Below, in pieces: positions 19,216 through 27,872 of a DNA stretch of 64,000 nt. This stretch comes from a virus. A program made the position numbers and the translations under genes. Below the pieces are notes generated by a model, which saw only the letters and a list, made by a program, of their open reading frames with translations, ran no database searches and was not told where the DNA came from. Position 1 is the stretch's first letter. The number at the start of each line of letters is the position of its first letter. The stretch lies in the IMG/VR virus record IMGVR_UViG_3300020472_001862, positions 64,001 through 128,000 of that record, one strand, 5' to 3'.

Positions 19216-20811
19216 ATGGATTTATTTGGATTTGAGATCAAGCGGAAAGAGCAACCGAAGGGTGAAAAGTCCTTCGTTGCTCCATCCCAAGATGATGCTA
19301 TTGAAAGCATACGAGCTGGTGGGTATTATGGCACCTACATGGATTTGGAAGGTGTCGCTCACACAGAGTCGGAACTTATTAAAAGGTATCGAGACATTGC
19401 CGGAATGGCAGATGTTGATACAGCAGTAGAAGATATTATTAATGAATCAATAGCACAACTTGAGAATGAATCTCCCGTTGAACTCAACCTAGATGATGTA
19501 GATTTATCATCTGCAGTTAGGAAATCAATCCAAAAAGAATTTGAAGAGATTAAAAATCTCATGGACTTTAAAAATAGAGCCCAAGATTATTATAGACGAT
19601 GGTATATTGATGGCAAAATATTTTTTCACAAAGTCATCGATATGGAAAATCCTAAAGACGGGATCAAGGATATTAGATATATTGATCCAAGAAAAATTAG
19701 GAAAGTGCGTGAAGTTAAGAAGGAAAAGAATCCTTCTGGCGTAATGTTTGTTAAAGATGTAGAAGAGTTTTTTATCTATAATGATAAAGGAGTTACATCT
19801 AAACCAGGAGCTTATGTAGCACCTGAAAATCAGCAAGGGCTGAAGATAACAAAAGACGCCATAGCATACGCACCAAGTGGTTTGGTAGATCACGATAAGA
19901 ACATAGCACTATCGTATCTACATAAGGCTATTAGGCCTGCAAACCAACTAAGAATGATGGAGAATGCTGTTGTTATATATAGAATAACAAGAGCACCTGA
20001 AAGAAGGATATTTTATGTAGATGTTGGTAACTTGCCGAAGATGAAGGCAGAACAATATCTAAAAGACATCATGGATAGATATCGTAATAAATTAGTTTAC
20101 GATGCTAACACAGGTGAAATTAGAGATGATAAGAAGTTCATGTCTATGTTGGAAGACTTTTGGTTACCCAGAAGGGAAGGCGGAACAGGAACAAGTATTG
20201 ATACATTGCCAGCAGGTCAAAACCTAGGGCAGATAGAAGATGTAGAATACTTTCAAAGGAAATTATATCAGTCCTTGAATATTCCTGTATCGAGATTAGA
20301 ACAACAGGCTGGACTAAACTTTGGTAGAGCAGCTGAGATAAACCGAGACGAGATGAAGTTTACAAAATTCATCATCAAGTTAAGAAGGAAGTTCTCAGTT
20401 ATGTTAAGCGATCTTTTGAAGACGCAGCTCTTACTAAAAGGTGTTTTAACAGAAGACGATTGGCATGGAATCAAAGACGATATAGAATTTGAGTTTGCCA
20501 CAGATGCTTATTACACAGAGTCTAAGGAACAAGAAATTCTTAGAAGTAGAGTAGAAGTATTAAACGGTCTAGCAGCATATATAGGAACATTTTTTAGTAA
20601 GCGTTACATACAAAAGAATGTATTAATGTTAACGGACGAGGAAATAGATACAATCGAAACAGAAATTATGGCAGAGCCACAATATAGTAGACAGTATCAA
20701 TGGAGTCCATTACAAGCAAGTGATCCGGCACAACCGGCACCTGAAGGTAATATAAGTAATGATGTACCAGGAGAGGGTAACCCTGTACCTGGACCTGATA
20801 ATGGAGCATAA
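19216..20811 (+). CDS. g20: portal protein gp20
   Basis: YIDPRKI, RAPERRIFYVDVGN, EDFWLPRREGG. Confidence 0.97.
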   Translation: MDLFGFEIKRKEQPKGEKSFVAPSQDDAIESIRAGGYYGTYMDLEGVAHTESELIKRYRDIAGMADVDTAVEDIINESIAQLENESPVELNLDDVDLSSAVRKSIQKEFEEIKNLMDFKNRAQDYYRRWYIDGKIFFHKVIDMENPKDGIKDIRYIDPRKIRKVREVKKEKNPSGVMFVKDVEEFFIYNDKGVTSKPGAYVAPENQQGLKITKDAIAYAPSGLVDHDKNIALSYLHKAIRPANQLRMMENAVVIYRITRAPERRIFYVDVGNLPKMKAEQYLKDIMDRYRNKLVYDANTGEIRDDKKFMSMLEDFWLPRREGGTGTSIDTLPAGQNLGQIEDVEYFQRKLYQSLNIPVSRLEQQAGLNFGRAAEINRDEMKFTKFIIKLRRKFSVMLSDLLKTQLLLKGVLTEDDWHGIKDDIEFEFATDAYYTESKEQEILRSRVEVLNGLAAYIGTFFSKRYIQKNVLMLTDEEIDTIETEIMAEPQYSRQYQWSPLQASDPAQPAPEGNISNDVPGEGNPVPGPDNGA

Positions 20812-20812
20812 T

Positions 20813-21094
20813 ATGGCAGAAACAGACAGAACACAAGAAGTTAATGATTTGGTGAATGACATCGTAGCAGGTAATACTGCAGATGCGCAACAAAAATTTA
20901 ACGATCAGATGACAGCCCGAGCACAAGAGGCGTTAGACGATCAAAAGGCAGGAGTAGCAGCAGACATATATAATAAACATGTTGTAGATCCTGACATGGA
21001 ACCACAAGGTGTAGCATTAGATGATGCACTTGTGGATATAGATCAAACAACAGGCATGCCTGTAGAAGGAGAAACAAATGGCGAAGACATTTAA
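20813..21094 (+). CDS. acidic prohead core protein (gp67-like by position)
   Basis: Small acidic helical protein between gp20 and gp21. Confidence 0.55.
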   Translation: MAETDRTQEVNDLVNDIVAGNTADAQQKFNDQMTARAQEALDDQKAGVAADIYNKHVVDPDMEPQGVALDDALVDIDQTTGMPVEGETNGEDI

Positions 21095-21371
21095 AAATTT
21101 TAGAGCAGGAATTATTACCGAAAGTCCTGTTGACGGTGTAGCTAAAGGCTCACTGGATGGTGATAAGCACATGTGCGCTAGTAAAATAATGCACAAGGAA
21201 TGGAAAGAGGGTACACCTATTATTGGTGAACACGCAGAGCCAGTAGATGGTGAAGTATCCTGGTATAAAGTAATGTTTGAACACGGTATAGAAACAGTTG
21301 AAGTGAATGATCCTAATGTAGAAGTTATAGAAGAAGCTTCTCACATGAACCATAAGAAAAAATCATATTAA
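21078..21371 (+). CDS. putative internal head protein with capsid-targeting-like N-terminus
   Basis: MAKTFKNFRAGIITE leader; His/Cys-rich body HMCA..HAEP..WYKVMFEHGIE. Confidence 0.55.
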   Translation: MAKTFKNFRAGIITESPVDGVAKGSLDGDKHMCASKIMHKEWKEGTPIIGEHAEPVDGEVSWYKVMFEHGIETVEVNDPNVEVIEEASHMNHKKKSY

Positions 21372-21391
21372 TTTAATTAAAAGGAAATCAC

Positions 21392-21817
21392 ATGGCAGTC
21401 ACAGTAAATAACTTAAAACTAACCCAAGTCCAGGGTGTAGTATCTGTTAGGGGGACTGCTGCTACCGGAACAATTGCTTTAGCAACAACACTAAAGAAAT
21501 CAACTGAGACGCAAAGCTCCCCAGCAGTCAATATAAAAGGACTACATTGGACCTTGTCTAGCGGTGCTAGCGCCAAGGTTCAAAGAAACTCCGTCGTATT
21601 ATTTGAACTACACGAAAGTGGTTCATTAGATATGTACGGATATGCAGAGAACTCAGAAAACACATCAGATATAGAAGTAGTTATAGCCGGCGGAGCTGGT
21701 GGAACTGTTATAGTTGATTGTGCTAAAGTTTCTGGTTACGGTTCACAACAACATCAAGATGCACCACTAGACACTAACGACGCAGGTAATGTCTATGACG
21801 GTGGTTCATTAGGTTAA
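21392..21817 (+). CDS. hypothetical beta-rich virion protein
   Basis: Within head gene block, SD AAGGA. Confidence 0.6.
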   Translation: MAVTVNNLKLTQVQGVVSVRGTAATGTIALATTLKKSTETQSSPAVNIKGLHWTLSSGASAKVQRNSVVLFELHESGSLDMYGYAENSENTSDIEVVIAGGAGGTVIVDCAKVSGYGSQQHQDAPLDTNDAGNVYDGGSLG

Positions 21818-21828
21818 CGGAGAAATAA

Positions 21829-22488
21829 ATGAGACTTATTAAAGAATTTAACGAAAGTATTAACTATCTCACAGAAGATAGTAAAGATCCTAAGAAGCCT
21901 AATGTATTCATAGAAGGTGTATTCTTACAATCAGATTTAAAGAACAAAAACGGTCGTGTATATCCTAAAGAGATTATGCAACGAGAAGTTAACAGATATG
22001 TTAACGAATCTGTCAACACTAAAAGAGCTTACGGAGAGCTAGGACACCCAGAAGGCCCTACTGTAAACTTAGACAGAGTATCTCACATGATAGTCTCACT
22101 AAAGGAAGACGGCAGCAATTGGATTGGTAAAGCCAAAATTATGGATACACCAATGGGTAAAATTGTAAAAGAACTTATTAGCGAAGGCGCTCAACTTGGA
22201 GTAAGCTCCAGAGGATTGGGCTCTTTAAAAGAGAGGAATGGCATTAATGAAGTACAAGATGACTTTATGCTTGCCACAGCGGCAGATATTGTTGCAGATC
22301 CTAGCGCTCCAGACGCTTTTGTATCCGGTATAATGGAAGGAAGGGAATGGGTTTTTGTTAATGGTAAATGGACAGAACAAGACATAGAAGAGAGCCAAGC
22401 GATAATTAATCAAGCTTCACAGAGAGATCTAGAAGAAGCTAAATTCGCTGTTTTTAGCAATTTTCTTGATAAACTGTCTAAAATATAA
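21829..22488 (+). CDS. g21: prohead protease gp21
   Basis: KNGRVYP, GELGHP, GVSSRGLGS, DIVADPSAPDA. Confidence 0.97.
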   Translation: MRLIKEFNESINYLTEDSKDPKKPNVFIEGVFLQSDLKNKNGRVYPKEIMQREVNRYVNESVNTKRAYGELGHPEGPTVNLDRVSHMIVSLKEDGSNWIGKAKIMDTPMGKIVKELISEGAQLGVSSRGLGSLKERNGINEVQDDFMLATAADIVADPSAPDAFVSGIMEGREWVFVNGKWTEQDIEESQAIINQASQRDLEEAKFAVFSNFLDKLSKI

Positions 22489-22498
22489 TAGAAATCTG

Positions 22499-22506
22499 TA
22501 TAAATA
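22499..22506 (+). promoter_or_regulatory. late promoter TATAAATA (gp22)
   Basis: Exact consensus. Confidence 0.85.
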
Positions 22507-22559
22507 TAAATAGTTTATTAGATTATATTAAAATTAAATAATCCTAAGAGGAGAGTAAC

Positions 22560-23864
22560 ATGGGAGTAGAATCCAAAATCAGAGAACTTCTAGAAGGTAA
22601 GTTGCAAGACGACGCCGTAGAAGTACTTGACGAACTAGCGGCACATCGTCCGTTAGATAAGTCAAGCAATGGAGATGCTAAACCACCCCTACAAGGTAAC
22701 TCTAATCCAAACCCAGAACAGCAAGACCTTAGCGGTTCAAGCAACCCTGAAGGCGGATTAACAAGCCCGGTAGGAAAGGAAGCGTCAGCTAAGGCTGGTA
22801 GTGCCCCTAGACCTTCTAACTCAGGTGCTGGTAAAGCACCAAACTATAACGACGGAGAGGCAACTCAAAGCGTTGTAGCACAATCTAGCTCTAAAGGTAA
22901 TGTACATCAAGAAGAAGTCGAAGAGACTGAAGACGAAGTACTAGAAGAAACACCTGAAGTAGCAGAAGATGAAGTAGTATCCGAAGAAGAGGAAGCTACT
23001 GAAGAGATTGTTGCAGAAGAGGAAGAAGTCGAAGGCGAAGAAGTTGAATATGTTGAAGAAGGCGAAGAAGAACTTACAGAATCTGACGAAGAGGAAGTAG
23101 AAGCATCTGAAGACGAGTCAACAGAGGAAACTTTATTCGAAGAGGACATTGCTAACTTGTTCGCAGACGAGGAGCATCTTTCCGAAGAATTTAAAACACA
23201 AGCCGCTTCACTTTTTGAAGCATCGGTTGTGGCCAGAGTCAATCAACAAATGGAGTCCATTGAGGATGAGCTTGTTGAGGAAGCCAATAAAGCTTTTGAT
23301 GAGGCAAAAGAGAAGCTCGTAGAAAATGTAGACAAATACCTCAGTTATGTAACTGAGCAATGGCTCAAAGAAAACGAGTTAGCTGTTGAGAACGGCTTAC
23401 GCAACGAAATTACTGAATCATTCCTTAACGGCATGAAAGAAGTATTCAAAGAACATTATATTGATGTTCCTGAAGAAAAATTCGATGTGTTGGCAGAACA
23501 ACAGTCTGAAATTGATGAGTTAAAATCTAAGTTAAACGAAGAGATTAACAAGTCAGTTGCAATCAGCGAAGACAGAGAACAACTACAAAAGGAAAAAGTT
23601 TTCCGTTCCGTGGTTGACGATCTAGCTGAAACTGAAGTGGAGAAATTCGCAGGTTTAGTCGAAGGAATTAGTTTCGACGACGAAGACAAGTATATTTCAA
23701 AACTAAATGTTATCAAGGAAAATTATTTTCCTAAAGCGAAAGCTGATGATAGTGATAAGCTAGAAGATAGCGTTGATCAGGGAACTTTAACAGACAACAC
23801 CGTGATGAGTAGATATGTACAAGGTATCTCTCAAGCAGCGAAGTTTGATAAGGTTAAAAATTAA
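22560..23864 (+). CDS. g22: prohead scaffold protein gp22
   Basis: Very acidic; LSEEFK..FEA, YLSYVTEQWLKEN, FKEHYIDVPEEK. Confidence 0.93.
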   Translation: MGVESKIRELLEGKLQDDAVEVLDELAAHRPLDKSSNGDAKPPLQGNSNPNPEQQDLSGSSNPEGGLTSPVGKEASAKAGSAPRPSNSGAGKAPNYNDGEATQSVVAQSSSKGNVHQEEVEETEDEVLEETPEVAEDEVVSEEEEATEEIVAEEEEVEGEEVEYVEEGEEELTESDEEEVEASEDESTEETLFEEDIANLFADEEHLSEEFKTQAASLFEASVVARVNQQMESIEDELVEEANKAFDEAKEKLVENVDKYLSYVTEQWLKENELAVENGLRNEITESFLNGMKEVFKEHYIDVPEEKFDVLAEQQSEIDELKSKLNEEINKSVAISEDREQLQKEKVFRSVVDDLAETEVEKFAGLVEGISFDDEDKYISKLNVIKENYFPKAKADDSDKLEDSVDQGTLTDNTVMSRYVQGISQAAKFDKVKN

Positions 23865-23870
23865 CATTTT

Positions 23871-23878
23871 TATAAATA
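23871..23878 (+). promoter_or_regulatory. late promoter TATAAATA (gp23)
   Basis: Exact consensus. Confidence 0.85.
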
Positions 23879-23923
23879 ATTAGGTTATAGAAATAACAAA
23901 CAAAGTAAAACAAGGAGAAACTG

Positions 23924-25189
23924 ATGTATCTTTCAGAAGAACTACAAAATAAGTGGCAACCAGTCCTTGAGCATCCTGAACTCTCAGAGATTCAAGATCC
24001 ATACAAGAAAGCTGTTACCACAGTAGTACTCGAAAACCAAGAGAAGGCTCTTCGTGAAGAAAAAGAAGCTCTTTTCGAGGCTACACATGCTAACCAAACA
24101 GGTGCAGGCGTTGACAACTACGATCCAATTCTTATATCGTTAGTTAGACGTGCTTTACCTAACCTTATGGCTTACGATGTTTGTGGAGTACAACCAATGT
24201 CTGGACCAACTGGTCTAATCTTTGCAATGAAGTCACACTATACTAGTCAAACTGGTACAGAGGCTTTATTTAACGAAGCAGACACTGATTTCTCAGGTGC
24301 AGGAACCCACGCTGGAGCTAATCCAGTAGACGGTACTTACACTACAGGAACAGGCGTATCTACAAGCACTGCAGAAGGTTTTGGAGACTCAACTACACTT
24401 AATGAAATGGCGTTTTCAATCGAGAAGACAACTGTTACGGCTAAGTCCAGAGCGTTAAAAGCTCAGTACACCGTAGAACTTGCTCAAGATTTAAAAGCTG
24501 TTCATGGTCTAGATGCAGAATCTGAACTTTCTAATATTCTTTCACAAGAAATACTTGCTGAAATTAATAGGGAAGTCATTAGAACTATTTACAAAGTAGC
24601 TAAAACAGGCTCAGCCTCTACAGCTACAGCTGGAACATTCGACTTAGATGTTGATTCCAACGGTAGATGGTCTGTAGAAAGATTTAAAGGTCTTTTATTT
24701 AATATCGAGCGTGACGCTAATGTTATAGCACAAGACACAAGGCGTGGAAAAGGTAACTTCATCATCTGTTCATCAGATGTTGCAAGTGCTCTTTCAATGT
24801 CAGGCGTACTTGACTATGCACCAGCTTTATCAACTAATTTAAATGTTGATGACACAGGTAATACATTTGCTGGTGTACTTAACGGTCGTTATAAAGTATA
24901 CATTGACCCATATTCTGCTAATACAGGAGCTGCAGCTCAGTTCTATGTATGTGGTTATAAAGGCACAAGCCCTTATGACGCAGGTCTATTCTACTGTCCT
25001 TATGTCCCACTACAAATGGTTAGGGCTATTGACCCAAGCACATTCCAACCTAAAATTGGTTTCAAAACTAGGTATGGCATGATCGCTAACCCATTCGTAA
25101 TGCAGTCAGACGGCACTACAGATGCAGACACATTTACAGCAGACAGAAACCAATACTACAGATCAGTAAAAGTTTCTAACTTAATGTAA
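23924..25189 (+). CDS. g23: major capsid protein gp23
   Basis: GVQPMSGPTGLIFA, KSRALKA..ELAQDLKAVHG, YCPYVPL, GFKTRYG. Confidence 0.98.
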   Translation: MYLSEELQNKWQPVLEHPELSEIQDPYKKAVTTVVLENQEKALREEKEALFEATHANQTGAGVDNYDPILISLVRRALPNLMAYDVCGVQPMSGPTGLIFAMKSHYTSQTGTEALFNEADTDFSGAGTHAGANPVDGTYTTGTGVSTSTAEGFGDSTTLNEMAFSIEKTTVTAKSRALKAQYTVELAQDLKAVHGLDAESELSNILSQEILAEINREVIRTIYKVAKTGSASTATAGTFDLDVDSNGRWSVERFKGLLFNIERDANVIAQDTRRGKGNFIICSSDVASALSMSGVLDYAPALSTNLNVDDTGNTFAGVLNGRYKVYIDPYSANTGAAAQFYVCGYKGTSPYDAGLFYCPYVPLQMVRAIDPSTFQPKIGFKTRYGMIANPFVMQSDGTTDADTFTADRNQYYRSVKVSNLM

Positions 25190-25216
25190 TTTAGGTCTTT
25201 TCTAGAAATAGAATTT

Positions 25217-25248
25217 AAACGGGCTACCAATAGGCAGCCCGTTTTTTT
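25217..25248 (+). terminator. intrinsic terminator after gp23 (possibly bidirectional)
   Basis: AAACGGGCT-accaataggc-AGCCCGTTT followed by T-run; lies between convergent genes. Confidence 0.85.
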
Positions 25249-25257
25249 GACTTGAAT

Positions 25258-25479
25258 TTATTTTTGAACTACAAAGTCGTTTAGTTCTTTTGCAACAGCA
25301 ACAACATCGCTAGCTAAGATACTTTCACTAGGTAGTGGTTTCTTATCGTTAGGATTGTTTTCGTTGTGTACATGGATAGCGTCTGCTTTCCTATGTAAGT
25401 TCTGTTCTAGTAAGCCTTGCGCTTGTCCTAGTAGTTCGGCTCTTATAGCATAGCCCGATTGTGTAAATGCTTTTTCCAT
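25258..25479 (-). CDS. conserved small phage protein (GYAIRAELL..A..LN.FV type)
   Basis: SD CAGGAGA upstream; own late promoter at 25538-25545(-). Confidence 0.75.
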   Translation of the reverse strand: MEKAFTQSGYAIRAELLGQAQGLLEQNLHRKADAIHVHNENNPNDKKPLPSESILASDVVAVAKELNDFVVQK

Positions 25480-25537
25480 ATTTTTCTCCTGTGTGTATAT
25501 GTGTTAAATGGGAGGCCGTTTCCAGCCTCCGCATTCA

Positions 25538-25545
25538 TATTTATA
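25538..25545 (-). promoter_or_regulatory. late promoter TATAAATA on minus strand, followed by GAAA-tetraloop hairpin (25511-25530)
   Basis: TATTTATA on + strand overlapping the DUF4278-like stop codon. Confidence 0.65.
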
Positions 25546-25696
25546 CAGCCCAGCGCACACCTCTATAGATGCCTGACTTTGGTTGTACCTTTTCTAATGG
25601 AATAGGGCCGTGACTTACGCCCCTGTAAATGCCTGGTAAAGATTTCGCTTTCGATTTCTTAACCAGGGCTTTGTAAAATATACCTCGATAGTACAT
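25541..25696 (-). CDS. DUF4278-like small basic protein with three YRG repeats (51 aa)
   Basis: MYYRGIFY..GIYRGVSH..GIYRGVRW; SD AAGGAGG; directly downstream of a glnA riboswitch, the known context of DUF4278. Confidence 0.75.
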   Translation of the reverse strand: MYYRGIFYKALVKKSKAKSLPGIYRGVSHGPIPLEKVQPKSGIYRGVRWAV

Positions 25697-25718
25697 TGTA
25701 CGCCTCCTTGGTTGAAAG

Positions 25719-25781
25719 CGCGTTCCTTCGACATTATTGTCTACTTCCGTGTGTAGGTTAATGAACTTACACATGAACGAT
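25719..25781 (-). ncRNA. glutamine riboswitch (glnA RNA motif, glutamine-I class)
   Basis: Minus strand AUCGUUCAU-GUGUAaGUU cauu AACcUACAC-ACGGAAGUA-GACA auaa UGUC-GAAGGAACGC: P1 CGUUC/GAACG, P2, AGUA/GAA E-loop on P3. Confidence 0.9.
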
Positions 25782-25786
25782 ATAAT

Positions 25787-25794
25787 TATTTATA
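25787..25794 (-). promoter_or_regulatory. late promoter TATAAATA driving the riboswitch transcript
   Basis: TATTTATA on + strand ending 5 nt before the riboswitch 5' end. Confidence 0.75.
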
Positions 25795-25837
25795 CAAGAA
25801 AGGTAAAGCAGAGTTTGATTATTGGTTTGTAATTTGT

Positions 25838-25845
25838 TATAAATA
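25838..25845 (+). promoter_or_regulatory. late promoter TATAAATA (iscU-iscA-gp3)
   Basis: Exact consensus, divergent from the riboswitch promoter. Confidence 0.8.
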
Positions 25846-25866
25846 CTAATAAGACCAGGAGGATAT

Positions 25867-26295
25867 ATGGCATACAGCAAAAAGGTTGTAGATAGATTTA
25901 ATGATGTATTAAATAACCCACAACAGCACGGGGTAGGACGATTTGATCCTAATGACCCTAATGTTGCTACAGGAATGACTGGAGCACCAGCATGTGGAGA
26001 TGTAATGAAATTAGATTTAAAAGTAAATCCAGATACAGATGTTATTGAAGATGTAAAGTTCAAAACATACGGATGTGGAAGTGCTATTGCTAGTTCTACA
26101 ATGTTTGTGGAAATGTTAAAGGGTATTACAATGACTCAGGCTTTAGAAATTAAAGATAAAGACATTGCAGCAGCTTTAGAATTACCACCTATTAAATTAC
26201 ATTGTTCTGTATTAGCAGAAGATAGTATTAAAAGAGCCCTACAAGATTGGGACGAAAAGAAAGCACACAGACAACACAACAGGGGGCCTGAATGA
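25867..26295 (+). CDS. iscU: Fe-S cluster scaffold IscU
   Basis: GAPACGDVM, FKTYGCGSAIAS, LPPIKLHCS (LPPVK-like). Confidence 0.96.
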   Translation: MAYSKKVVDRFNDVLNNPQQHGVGRFDPNDPNVATGMTGAPACGDVMKLDLKVNPDTDVIEDVKFKTYGCGSAIASSTMFVEMLKGITMTQALEIKDKDIAAALELPPIKLHCSVLAEDSIKRALQDWDEKKAHRQHNRGPE

Positions 26296-26612
26296 TAGAA
26301 TGGACCGACGAAGCAATGGAACAAGTGATTAGTAGATTGGAAAGACAAAAATCTCCTGGTGTAAGACTTGCATTGCTAGGCGGAGGTTGCGCAGGTTTCA
26401 AATATGATTTTAATTATGCTGATGGACCGAGAAACGATCAGGATGAGGAACTAGACTTTGGCAAATTCAAAATGTGGATATGTCCTATGTCGGCAGGTTA
26501 CTTAGCTGGTACAGTTATTGGATGGCGAGTAGAAGGATTGGTAGAAGAATTTACATTCTGGAATCCTGCAGAGTCTCAAGCCTGTGGTTGCGGTGAAAGC
26601 GTAGGATTTTAA
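26292..26612 (+). CDS. iscA: A-type Fe-S carrier (IscA/HesB family)
   Basis: GGGCAGFKY, NP..CGCGES. Confidence 0.92.
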   Translation: MIEWTDEAMEQVISRLERQKSPGVRLALLGGGCAGFKYDFNYADGPRNDQDEELDFGKFKMWICPMSAGYLAGTVIGWRVEGLVEEFTFWNPAESQACGCGESVGF

Positions 26613-26627
26613 TAATGGAGATACAAT

Positions 26628-26786
26628 ATGGCAAAAGCATGGAGTGGAAAGCTCACACATAGTGGTGTAAAGAAATCTACATCACAGGGCGTCGGAGGAA
26701 GAGGCAGGAAAGTTAAAATTTCTACTTCCACGATGAATAAAAACAGAAAAAGAAGTTATAAAAAGTACAGAGGACAAGGTAGATGA
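26628..26786 (+). CDS. small basic protein ending KKYRGQGR (52 aa)
   Basis: Hand translation MAKAWSGKLTH...KRSYKKYRGQGR; SD GGAG; stop overlaps gp3 ATG (ATGA). Confidence 0.75.
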   Translation: MAKAWSGKLTHSGVKKSTSQGVGGRGRKVKISTSTMNKNRKRSYKKYRGQGR

Positions 26787-27367
26787 CAACAACTAATATT
26801 ACGAATGTTTCAGAAGCATCGTGGAGTAATGCTAACCCCAATGAGTTAGATTATTTGCGTCCCAACGCATTTAAATTCCAAATAGCTAACATTCCTAATA
26901 CAAGTTACTTCTGTAACGCAGCTAATATACCAGAGATGAATTTACCTCCTGCGTTACAACCTACACCATTAGTAGATGTAGGACACCCAGGAGATAAAGT
27001 AGAATTTGGTACCTTAATGATAAGATTCCTCATACAAGAGGACATGAAAAATTATATAGAACTATATAATTGGTTGGTAGGCCTAGGTTTTCCAAAAGAC
27101 AGCAAACAACATGCAGAATATACAAAAACACAAAACTATAGGTTCCCAGATATATCTCCTGAGAGCCAAAAAGGGTTAGGACAGTATAGTGATGCTACAC
27201 TTACCCTATTAGATTCAAATAACAACGCAAAAATAATAATTAAATTTATGGATGCTTTCCCTACGAGTTTACAGGGTTTAGATTTTGAAATAGTAACAGG
27301 CAGCACAGATTATATGATGGGTGTTGCTATGTTTAAATACACACTATTTGAAATCGAAGTATTATAA
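26783..27367 (+). CDS. g3: tail tube terminator/completion protein gp3-like
   Basis: YLRPNAFKF, ANIPE, FLIQEDMKNYIELYNW, SDATL, FPTSL. Confidence 0.85.
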   Translation: MTTTNITNVSEASWSNANPNELDYLRPNAFKFQIANIPNTSYFCNAANIPEMNLPPALQPTPLVDVGHPGDKVEFGTLMIRFLIQEDMKNYIELYNWLVGLGFPKDSKQHAEYTKTQNYRFPDISPESQKGLGQYSDATLTLLDSNNNAKIIIKFMDAFPTSLQGLDFEIVTGSTDYMMGVAMFKYTLFEIEVL

Positions 27368-27389
27368 TACCAAAAGGTACAACAAACAG

Positions 27390-27418
27390 TTGACTCTTAC
27401 TACATAAGAGCCTATAAT
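27390..27418 (+). promoter_or_regulatory. sigma70-type promoter TTGACT-N17-TATAAT with CTCTTA-N5-TAAGAG palindrome (uvsY)
   Basis: Read directly from sequence. Confidence 0.8.
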
Positions 27419-27427
27419 GTGTATATT

Positions 27428-27871
27428 ATGATAACTCTACAAGAACTACAAGACATGTGGCAAGAAGACTGTAAGGTTGATGAACTTAACCTTGGCCAAG
27501 AGTCTACACGCATACCAGAACTACATTCTAAATATCTTAACCATTTATCTACATTAAGATTACAATGCCGAAGAGCTCAGAGTGAATTATTTAAAATGAG
27601 AAGGCTGAAGTGGAAGTATTATCGAGGAGAGTTGGACCAAAAAGAATTAAACGAAAAAGGCTGGGATCAGTACTTAGGTAATGCTCCACTTAATAATCAG
27701 ATGAATGAGTTCTTGGATACAGATGAAGATGTTATTAAATTAACTGATAAATTAGAGTATTTAAACACTTGTATGACCCTATGTGAGAGTGTTATGAAGT
27801 CGATTTCTAGCCGTTCTTTTGATATTAAAAACGCAATTGAATGGACAAAATTTACAAACGGGTCTTACTAG
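27428..27871 (+). CDS. uvsY: recombination mediator UvsY
   Basis: IPELHSKYL, KWKYYRG, IKNAIEW; upstream of uvsW. Confidence 0.9.
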   Translation: MITLQELQDMWQEDCKVDELNLGQESTRIPELHSKYLNHLSTLRLQCRRAQSELFKMRRLKWKYYRGELDQKELNEKGWDQYLGNAPLNNQMNEFLDTDEDVIKLTDKLEYLNTCMTLCESVMKSISSRSFDIKNAIEWTKFTNGSY

Positions 27872-27872
27872 T

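Noticed and set aside
22900-23150. GAA-rich low-complexity tract as a repeat element
   Set aside because: Simply encodes the Glu-rich region typical of the gp22 scaffold.
25697-25774. N-terminal extension of ORF 25541..25774 given in the ORF track
   Set aside because: This stretch is the riboswitch; the SD-supported ATG is at 25696.
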